Below are positions 40,301 through 49,272 of a stretch of DNA of 64,000 nt, piece after piece. The notes beneath the pieces are model-generated. The model was not told where the DNA came from, made no database searches, and saw only the letters and a program-made list of their open reading frames with translations. This DNA comes from Callorhinchus milii (taxonomy: Eukaryota). Each line of letters begins with the position of its first letter. Positions within the stretch are counted from its first letter, which is position 1. The stretch spans positions 4,092,001-4,156,000 of the forward strand of contig NW_024704765.1 in NCBI RefSeq assembly GCF_018977255.1. Reading direction: 5' to 3'. Position numbers and translations under genes: made by a program.

Positions 40301-43300
40301 TGGATTTCCTTGTTGCAGAGAAGTACAATTTCCTGGGGATCAGTATTGTGGGGCAGAGCAATGATCGCGGTGATGGTGGCATTTACATTGGGTCCATAAT
40401 GAAGGGTGGCGCAGTGGCAGCAGATGGCAGAATTGAGCCGGGTGACATGCTGCTGCAGGTGAGTGCTCGATTAACACTGTGGCCACATCCAATATATTAA
40501 TAATAATAATCCTTGCATTTGACGCCGCATCACATCTTCGAGATGTTTCAAAGCGCTTCACAGAATATACTGTGCAGTGAATTGACTGTATATTTTGTGG
40601 GCAAAACGCAGCAGTCAATTGCGCACAGCAGTGTCCCACAAACAGTCGTGGATTGAGTGAACAATTTTTTTTTGAAGGAATTATTACCCCCAGAAAAGCG
40701 GGTTCCTGTTTACTGCTAGGTAAACAATGGCATGTAGAGTAAGAAAACTTGCCCCAGTTAAACTCTGCCAGAAATTGAATCCAGGTCTTCTCGCTTGCGA
40801 GGCGAGTGCTCTAACCACTGAGCTACAGTACTCCACACAAATATCAGCTAACATTGCAGCCACATCGCAATGTCAGCTAACACTGGCTGATATGATAAGC
40901 ATTATTACACACACATTGACTCACTTATCTACACACGAGCGCACAGACACAGAAATTGTCTCTCCTGACTACAAATCATGCTGTTTCCTGTTTACTCACC
41001 AATGTTCCCGTCAGTGAAGTGACAGTATGTTTTGCCGAATGACGCTCAGCGTGGGGCTTGGACATCAATATGCCAAGTGTAGCCACTCAAGAGCCCCAGT
41101 GAGACAGTCAGAGAGAGTGTCAGTGACCCAAGCCTCTCATTGAGATCTAATCCCCATTGTGAGATTGAGTTGACCAGCTTCCACGATGTGTTGCTGCTAC
41201 AGTCACTGCCCTGACATTGCCTTTCTGTGTTTTACAGGTTAATGATGTCAATTTTGAAAACATGAGCAATGATGATGCAGTGAGGATTCTGCGGGAAATT
41301 GTATCGAAACCTGGGTAAGGGGGCAATCATCCTTCATCCTGTCTGAGACCTGTACATCTTCTTCATACATACTGTGTGAGAAGATGGTCGGAAATCAATA
41401 AATTACTAACACGGGTACATTGCGTGTTACATGGATGTAATTTGTGTGTGGGCAGGGTGGTTACAAAGCAATGCCTCAGCTCTCTGGGACTCTTTAACAT
41501 TGCCTGATCTATTTTACTTTGTCTCCACAGACCAATCAGTTTAACGGTGGCCAAATGCTGGGATCCAACACCGAGGAGTTACTTCACCATTCCCAGGAGT
41601 AAGCGCCCGGCGGATTCAGGCCCTTTATTACTTGCCTTGTGTGTGTGTGTCACCGTGAATAAAATAATATTCCTTGCATTTGACATTGTTCCTTGGCCTT
41701 AACAGGTCAGAGTGGGATTGGCGGAAGGTCTCAGGTCGCTTCGGCAAACTTGCATTTTGATTTGTTGCTGCCCCCCGGTGGCCACACCGAGGTAGTGTAT
41801 GGTTACTGCACAGCAAATGATGCAGTGCCTGATGTATATGCAACCTGCTGCACAAGTGATGCTTTTTCTGCAGTCCCACCCTTTGGAAATCCCTTTTTGC
41901 TCTTGTTATTAAGAGCAGCAGCTTTTAGCATTATTGCATACAGGTGTTTACGCTGCATGAGATTTCGAGGTGAGTCTTTCCAGCTGTAGCTCAGCGGTTA
42001 GAGCGCTTGCCTCACAAGCGAGAGGACCTGGGTTCAAAATGTAGAAATCTTGCTTTAAGATCAGGACATGAAGTTTTGATAGAGTAGAGAGGGAGGCTGT
42101 TTCCATTGGCAAGTGGATCAGTAAACAGGGCACTTAGATTTAAGATAATTGGCAAAGGAACCAGAGGAGAAATTGTTTTTACAACAGATAGTTGTTTTGG
42201 TCTGGAATACACTACCTAAAAGAGTAGTGGAAATGATAACAACTTTCAAAACGGAGTTGGATAGGTACTTGAAAAGGATAAATTTGCATGCATATGGGGA
42301 AAAAACGGCAGAGAGGGACTGATTGGGTAGTTCTTCCAAAGAACCAGCACAAGCACGATGGGCCGAATGGCCTCCTTCTGTGCTGTAATATTCTATGATT
42401 CTATACATTGCCTGGCTTCCTGATTCTCTACATCCTTGTCAGATCTAACTGAATGGGTTCTCTCTCTTTCTGTCCTTTGCAGCTGAACCGGTGAGACCCA
42501 TCGACCCAGCAGCCTGGATTTCTCATACCACGGCAATGACAGGAGGTTTCCCCCGTTACGGTATGAGCCCGACCCTGAGTGCCATCACATCCACCAGTTC
42601 CTCACTAACCAGCTCCATTCCAGACTCAGAAAGTAAGTTGCACTGACCCCATACGTACCTGAGCCAGCGCTGTTTGCAGAGAAGAAAAATCTTATTGTCA
42701 TTAATCTTAGAAATAATGACTCAGGCAGTTGAGTCTTAATACATGCTACTTTAATCTGAGTCCACATTTTCACCAAGAAATGCTATCCCATTCTCTGACA
42801 ATCTTCAATGTCAGTTGGTTTATAATAATGATAATCCTTGCATTTGATAAAGCGCCTTATCATGTTATTGACATGTCTTAAAGCGCTTCACAGAAAATAC
42901 TGTAAAGTAGATTGACTGTATATTTTGTTGGCGCAACGCAGCAGCGAATTGCACATAGCAGCGACCCCCAAACCGTCGTGGATTGAGTGACCAAATTATT
43001 ATTTTTATTTTTGGAGGGATTATTACCTCCNAAAAAATCTGCTAATTGACTAACAACCGGGTTACTACTTACTGCTAGAGTAAACAGGCATATGGAGTAC
43101 AGATTGCCTAAGATTTCGCCTCACCCAGGAATTGAACCTAGGTCCTCTTGCTTGCAAAGTGAGTGCTCTTAACCACTACGCTACAGGACATAAGTCCACC
43201 CAGGCAGCAGTTTGTCATCTGTATTGTACTACCCAACGCCTCCTGTTCTGACACGTCCTGCCACACTTTTGCCTCTATATTTGCAGAGTATGACGACTGT

Positions 43301-46300
43301 CGGCTCACGGTGAAGAGTGACCTGTCCAACATGATCACGGTGAAGACTGACATGGCGAGCATTGTCAAGGCCATGCAGTCCTGTGACTCAGGGCTGGAGA
43401 TACGGGATAGGATGTGGCTGAAGATTACCATTTCCAGTGCTGTGATTGGTGAGGATCTGCAGGGTTACCCAGCGATCAGCGACGCACAGCTCACTGTATA
43501 ACTGAGCGCAGCCTGGCTCAGGCAGGGGATTATTGGTACAACTCCCACATCAGGACCTGAACTCATAGACGAGGCACGGATTTGTCATAGGTTGTCACAC
43601 ATCTGGTTAGGTGGGCGAGGGGGTGTCATAGGTGGAGTCGCACACAGGAATGGGGGGTCACAGGTCTCACACGCATATACATACATACATACATACACGT
43701 GTTCTGTCTCCTCAGGTGCAGACGTGGTTGACTGGCTCTTCTCGCGTGTGCAGGGCTTCAAAGACCGTCGGGAGGCGAGGAAGTACGCGAGCAGCATGCT
43801 GAAGCACGGCTACCTCAGGCACACGGTCAACAAGATCACCTTCTCTGAGCAGTGCTATTACATCTTCGGGGATCTCTGTACCAGTACGTGTGGCCCATTT
43901 ACTTACTTGCTGGTTCATTTTGAGCTCACTGAGGTGTGGGGTGGTGGGGCTCACAGCAGAGATGGTAATTAACTGTGGTTTTTGAGTGACTTTTCTGGCT
44001 GTAATTTGAGACTATTAACTGCACGTCCTTCGTGCCCTAACTCCATTCCATCATCGATGACCGTGCTTCCAGCCACTAAGCCCCGAAACTCTGGTACACT
44101 CTTCCTCCATCTGTCCAGCTTGCCGCTTTTTCCCCATCTTCAGATCGCGTCTGAAGATATTCCTCTTCAACCGTGCCTACGGTCACCCCCCTCACCCAGC
44201 TCGGCGTTATGCTCCACTGTCAAGCGCTCTAGGACGCTACCCAATGAGGGGTGCTTTTTAAATGCTTCTTCTTGTTATTCCAGCACAGCATCTGTGTAAA
44301 TTGTGCTGTTCGTTGGCTGTATCGAGGGATGGAGTGCTCATCTGTGGCAGTGAGTCTGTTAGTAAAGCAGCAAGTCTGAATGTGCCATTCTCTCTCCCCC
44401 CCACCTCCAGATCTGGCTGCCATGAAGTTACATGAAGTTTCTAGTGGGACTTCAGATCGTGATATGTTGGCACCTCTGCCACACCCAGCCTCTCCCTGGC
44501 CACTGGGGCAGGGCTTCCCCTGTCAGTACCCGCTGCCTCACCCCTACTACCCAACCGCCTGCCAGGAACCCAGCTTCAACTATGGCAACGGGAGTGCCGG
44601 GAGCCAGCCCAGTGAAGGTAGGAGACACGAGGGAAAATAATTGATTTGTAGAATAGGAAGTAATCAGTGATTTGAAGTACTTTCCTTGGGATATTGTCTC
44701 ATTTCCATGTTTCCGTCTCTGCTTCTCCATCTAGTTAAGATTTATTTGTTAAACATAAATGCCTATTTATCCATCTCCTTTTTTAACTTTTACTTTACCA
44801 GCCAGATAGGCACAATGGTCTGTCTGTTCCTGTACATTCCTATGTGCTCACTGGCAGGGCTCTGTGCAGGGATCTGCTGGTGGCAGCAGACGGCAAGCCC
44901 TGTTTTGGGAACCATGAATCTGTTGCATGTCGTATAAAACACTTGCTCAGCCCTAAACACAAAACAGTCACAGTCAGCCTGACACAGGTTTCGGGACTCA
45001 GCTCATTAACCTCTAGAAAACAGAGAGACTGAGGCTAAGCTACTGGGTGATGAGGTGAGGGATGGTGTGTAGGTTATGCACAGTATATATTTTGGGAATG
45101 CTCGAGTGCTGACGGTTCCTGGGTGAGAACTGGTGTGAAGCTGTGTTTATTTCTCCTGTAACTTACTGTGGCTTGTTTTACTCTTGAGCCAGCGGTAGAC
45201 TGAAGGATGCAATGTGGAATGACTAACTGAGTGATTGGTAAGGCACTAATATCACATAGCATGATCTCAGCCTACCCTCACTCTGACCCCATCCTGTCCT
45301 GACACACAATCTCTGCCTGTCCTGGGCTGTGTGCAATTCAGTTGCATCCCTTTGCCCCGGTATGTTCCCCCCCATGTTAGAGGTCTGCCTTTTGTCCCTA
45401 ATTAACTTAGTAGAAATTAAATTCTACTCAGTGTGAAATCTCCCCCCTTGTTAATGATTAGCTACAGATCCAAACAACTCTTGTGCCACTTGCAAATAAA
45501 TTATTGCGCAACTGAACTGTTTATTTCAATCCAAAGTCTCACAGTAAACACTGTGGCCTGAAGCCTAATGGAGACGGAACTTACGCTGGCCTGAGAGGGA
45601 CCCTGCTCTTGGCTTTCTATTCTATAACATTGATGGATTGTTTCGCAGTAAAAGAACAAAAAGCTGACCTGCCTCTAACCTCAAAACGTCAAAGCAACTA
45701 CAGGAAAGTCCCTGTCTGTGTTACCAACCCCCACCACCCCCCAGTATGCTGTGACCCTCTACCTTCCCTGTCTTATCCAGTGGATCATTGAGGAGCTGCA
45801 GTGATGTGTTTGTGCGCTCTGATGTATTTATTGGAGTCGTGTAATTTAGTGGTTAGAGCACTTGCCTCGCAAGCAAGAGGACCAGGGCTCGATTCCTGGG
45901 CAGGGAGAAACGTTGGGCAAGTTTCCTTACTCCACACGCCTCTGTTTACCTCAGTAAGTAGGAACCCGGTTATTAGTCGATTGGTGGATTGCTTTTCTGG
46001 GGGTAATAATCCATTCCAAAAAAATAATATTAATATGGTCACTCAATCCAGGACTGTTTGTGGGACACGGTTGTGCAGAATTGGCTGCCACATTTCGCCT
46101 TCAAAATATACAGTCAGTTCACTTTACAATATATTCTGTGAAGCGCTTTGAGACGTCTCGAAGACGTGATAAGGCGCTATATCAAATGCAAGGATTATTA
46201 TTATTATCCAAAGTCCCACCTTGTATCAGGTAAAGCTGTGATATTGGTGTCTTGCGTTTCTCCACAGGGAGTAAAAGCAGCGGATCCAATCGCAGCAACA

Positions 46301-46665
46301 GCGAGAGAAGAGCCGGTTCGGGGAAGGAAAAGGAGCGGAAAGCGGACTCCAAGTCAGCTGGCAGCGGCAGTGAGTCAGACAACAACACCCGTAACAGTGT
46401 GCGCTGTGAGCGCCCGCCCAGCCAGCTCAGCCACCGGAGCCCCAGTGAGCGCAGTCACCACAGCCACCTCTCACACGGAGCGCCGGGTGTGCCCCCACTG
46501 TACAACCTGACAAAGACAGGCCCCAAGGTGCTGGCACCCAGCGCACCACCTGGAGCCCCCCCAGGCCGGGACCTGGCCTCGGTGCCCCCTGAGCTAACCG
46601 GAAGTCGGCAGTCTTTCCAAAAGGCCATGGGCAACCCCTGTGAATTCTTCATCGACATCATGTGA
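17747..46665 (+). CDS. DVL1: Dishevelled-1 (DIX, PDZ and DEP domains), complete, 15 exons, 716 aa
   Basis: Exons 17747-17916, 23595-23664, 25659-25777, 27556-27677, 38189-38324, 39263-39356, 39837-39906, 40319-40458, 41238-41314, 41531-41598, 42483-42632, 43287-43448, 43716-43883, 44411-44617, 46268-46665. Sum is 2151 nt, in frame, all GT-AG. Starts [21 protein letters not shown]; [46 protein letters not shown]; [17 protein letters not shown]; ends [20 protein letters not shown]. The C-terminus and MXRA8/TAS1R synteny indicate DVL1 rather than DVL2 or DVL3. Confidence 0.97.
18480..19210. promoter_or_regulatory. CpG island in DVL1 intron 1
   Basis: Very GC- and CpG-rich (gcggcggcggcgg, GC boxes gggcgg) against a CpG-depleted background. 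Confidence 0.8.
19324..19379 (+). repeat. (GATT)n microsatellite, about 14 units
   Basis: Perfect gattgatt run seen directly. Confidence 0.95.
20060..20330 (+). mobile_element. SINE (long subfamily), head truncated
   Basis: gtttccttactccacac...agtaggaacc...core...tatcaaatgcaagg tail. Confidence 0.8.
21421..21752 (+). mobile_element. SINE (long subfamily)
   Basis: tRNA-like head, the internal gcctctgtttacc...agtaggaacc segment, core and (ATT)n tail. Confidence 0.85.
22350..23000 (-). mobile_element. SINE (long subfamily) interrupted by two plus-strand L2 3' ends
   Basis: SINE tail and core at 22350-22540; L2 tail at about 22550-22616; SINE middle and head at 22620-22772; second L2 3' end at about 22775-22975; head remainder ctaaccactaagctataggactcc at about 22976-22999. 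Confidence 0.75.
25830..26180 (-). mobile_element. SINE (long subfamily) just downstream of DVL1 exon 3
   Basis: Reverse complement of the family consensus, head ending ctctaaccactaagct. Confidence 0.85.
27131..27340 (+). mobile_element. SINE 5' portion (long subfamily)
   Basis: Head with B box gggttcgattccc and the internal segment; core missing. Confidence 0.8.
30360..30683 (+). mobile_element. Full-length tRNA(Ala)-derived SINE with Deu-like core, short young subfamily
   Basis: Head ggagtcctgtagctcagtggttagagcactcgctttgcaagtgagagacctgagttcaattcc (A and B boxes, TGC anticodon-like loop); core gggacattgctgtgcgcaattggctgccgcg; (ATT)n tail. Confidence 0.9.
32035..32342 (+). mobile_element. 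L2 LINE 3' end
   Basis: [38 protein letters not shown], then a (TTG)n tail. Confidence 0.85.
33095..34892 (+). mobile_element. 5'-truncated, degenerate L2-clade LINE (reverse transcriptase remnant plus 3' tail) in DVL1 intron 4
   Basis: Broken ORFs with [60 protein letters not shown]. Frameshifts and stops are present. Ends ...gtgaaaggcgctctataaatgtaattttgttgttgtt. Confidence 0.92.
37010..37430 (-). mobile_element. L2 LINE 3' end
   Basis: [13 protein letters not shown] remnant with a (CAA)n tail. Confidence 0.8.
39455..39696 (+). mobile_element. L2 LINE 3' end
   Basis: [39 protein letters not shown], then a (TTG)n tail. Confidence 0.8.
39934..40016 (+). repeat. G-rich tandem repeat (GGGGCTGGGGGAA-like) after the DVL1 exon 7 donor
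   Basis: About five imperfect units with G4-G5 runs. Confidence 0.8.
40497..40834 (-). mobile_element. SINE (long subfamily) in DVL1 intron 8
   Basis: Tail, core and tRNA head ctctaaccactgagctacagtactcc. Confidence 0.85.
42050..42404 (+). mobile_element. CR1 LINE 3' end in DVL1 intron 10
   Basis: Ends gggccgaatggcctccttctgtgctgtaatattctatgattctat; homologous to 4590-4762. Confidence 0.8.
42822..43189 (-). mobile_element. SINE (long subfamily) in DVL1 intron 11
   Basis: Full-length reverse copy; contains an N at 43031. Confidence 0.85.
44020..44280 (+). mobile_element. L2 LINE 3' end
   Basis: Same 3' end as the other copies (ccactgtcaagcgctct...). Confidence 0.7.
45833..46207 (+). mobile_element. 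SINE (long subfamily) in DVL1 intron 14
   Basis: Full-length copy ending 60 bp before the exon 15 acceptor. Confidence 0.88.
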
Positions 46666-47651
46666 CAGTGAGAGCCTGTGACACAGCATAGCCCTGTGCT
46701 AACACCTGGGCTCTGTCCTCCGTGTCGCAAGGTCTCACAAGAGTTTTATTTCTGGTCTGGGACTGCGAGCACTCGGTAATTGACGGTGAGCAGAAGTGCT
46801 CAGTAAGTGTGTTCTGTCCTTACCTTCTCTGAAGATCTGTAGAGGGATGTTGAAGTGCTTTTGATGCGTTTTTGTCGATGGCTGATGGATGTCAGCACTG
46901 TCTCACTCTGTGGTAACAGTATTTGGGTATTTCAGTACGTCACACCTGTCTTTTCGATGTGTTTTTATTCTCCTTTACAAGCAAGCACTTTTATATATAA
47001 AAAACACACACCCGCACAAATGGTGTGACTGACATTTAGTTCAACTAAAACGCTACTCAAAGCACAAGCAGCCCCCACCATCCAATTTCCCGCACACCCA
47101 CCACCTCCCACATTCCCAACTTTTTAAAAAGAATTATTTTTGAAGTATTACTGGGAGGTTAAATAGCAGTGTGAGTCTTGCACGCTGATTAGGCCACTTT
47201 GGGGCTTGAAATTTCCCCTTGTCTTAGCCTTTGGCCTTCAAGTTTACCGTTGGGCAGAATTGTGGACATTTTTCATGTCCCTTGGAAGCCGGTTTTCCAA
47301 GGTTGCTGCATTAAAAATGAACTGGCTTTTCAGATTAAAACTTCATTTAAGAATTTTCCACATTTCTGCACCACCTTAAAATTTGCAGCCAAAATGGTGT
47401 CATGGGCTAAAACTAGCTGGAATTTGGGGCTCCCATCTGAGGATTGTGAATGAGCATTTAGTTAGCAGCCTGTTGCTGTCGGGATGTTACAGCTGATACA
47501 GATGGTTTTGCAGGAGATTTATTTACATTTTAAAGCGAATGTTAGACTCGGGGTCAATCCCTGACGTGCCGGTCACGTGAGCAGCGCAGGGAATGTGGAA
47601 CGAATGAAACTCTTACCATGAGAGGTCTCATCCCTGTACATGATAGATTGA

Positions 47652-47940
47652 ACCCACGCACTGAGCCCCCACATATGCACACACACACTCTGAGTCCCCC
47701 TACGCACTGATACCCCCCCACAGACAATCTCTGAGCCCCCACGCACTGATAGCCCCACGCACACACACACTCTGAGCCCCCCCCCCGCCGATAACCCCAC
47801 ACATAATCTCCGAGCCCCTGTGCCATGCACTGAGAACCCCCCCGTCCCCCCACTCTGTGAGGACTCCCTCCCACCCACACACACATGCACAGAGGACCCC
47901 CCCCCACCCCACACACACACAGACCCTCAGCAGTGAGGCG
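47652..47940 (+). repeat. Degenerate C-rich minisatellite downstream of the DVL1 stop
   Basis: Repeated (cact/ctct)gagcccc.. and gcactgatacccc.. units interleaved with (CA)n. Confidence 0.8.
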
Positions 47941-49165
47941 ACCCCGAGGACTGAGCCACCAATCCTCCCCTCCTCTCCCACCCCCCTCAGCACTGACCCG
48001 TTTTCCCAGGTAGAGCAGCTGGTAATGTTAAGGCAGAAACAATGCTGTGGAGATACCATTGGGTAAGAGGCAAGCTGGCTGAGCCGGCTTTAACCACTGC
48101 ACTTATACTCAGCCTAAGAGTTTGTTGCTAATCGTGAGAGGAACACGCAATGTATAAATAATGTACAGTAAAAGATTAAAATGTATTTAATTATTATAAA
48201 TATATTCTGTGGAATGCAGTTCCCTGAATGAGGAGACCTTTACTTCAGGCGGGAGGGGTTGCAGCACTGGCATTTGAAGAGAAATGTTTGGGAACTGCCT
48301 GCTGGAAATGTTACTACCCTGTGTCTGTAGATTTAATATATAGCTGACGTGTGTCAACACTAAAATGATTTACTTTGGTTTGGCCTTATTTTGTTTTATT
48401 TTCATTTTACGTTTACTCTCCTACTTTGTCGATTCCATTGTGTTTGCCCAGCGATGAATGTTGTTTTCAAGTGGAAGTGCCAGTCTGAACCCGAGTCAGC
48501 TGTTGGAGAGGCTGGTGCTCGCAGTGCTGTGTCAGCGCTTGGCCAAGACTCTTGGTTCCATCTTCACGCGGGAACCTGACATCCCTGCAGCTCTCACACA
48601 CCCCTGCCACTTGAGTGATGAGGCCTGAAATAGCACCCAATATTGCATTGCCCTGTCTGACCAGTTTGTCTTCAAATTTAAGATCGGGCAGAATTGTGGA
48701 AAATAGAAGCTAAATCTTTTTAAGAACCACAGAAAACTGCCTCCTCCTGTTCGTGTGTTACTGTATCTGAATCAATCTGCAATCAGTCTTTGGCTGCTGC
48801 CATACTCATTAATGCTGAAGTCAGAATTCTGCACACTACAAACAAAGCAGGGAGCTGTTCACTGCAAAGGAAGTTTTATTTTAGTTTAGAATACAGAGCA
48901 TCTAACTGGGAACCTATTTTATCTACAGACTTGATTTTAAAATTCGAGCTCAGACTGGAGTGCTGGATGGACAGTGTAGCTGGAGCTTTTCTCTGTCTCT
49001 AACCCATGCTGTATCACTAATGTTGGCGTGGAAAGTGTAGAGGCACTGAGATAGTCGTGCTCAGTCTGTCTCTCGCCCTTGCTGTCGCTAACTTGGGTAA
49101 AATTGGAAGGTGTCTGTTTCTCAGCGCTAACATCCCCTACCTACATGAATACAAAGTTTACCTAA

Positions 49166-49171
49166 AATAAA
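49166..49171 (+). terminator. Candidate distal DVL1 polyadenylation signal (AATAAA)
   Basis: AATAAA about 2.5 kb after the DVL1 stop and about 100 bp before the convergent T1R stop. An ATTAAA near 48175 is an alternative. Confidence 0.35.
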
Positions 49172-49272
49172 GGCAAAACGTGTTCCCAGTAAATTAAGGA
49201 GCAGCTTTAATGAGCTCTAGGGCACATGCAATGCAGTTTACTCAATCTGACAAGAAGCACTGGGTATCCAGG

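Noticed and set aside
47554-48059. Gly/Val/Cys-rich ORFs and a spaced-repeat look (CRISPR-like)
   Set aside because: Degenerate minisatellite in eukaryotic DNA; no constant repeat with unique spacers and no cas genes.
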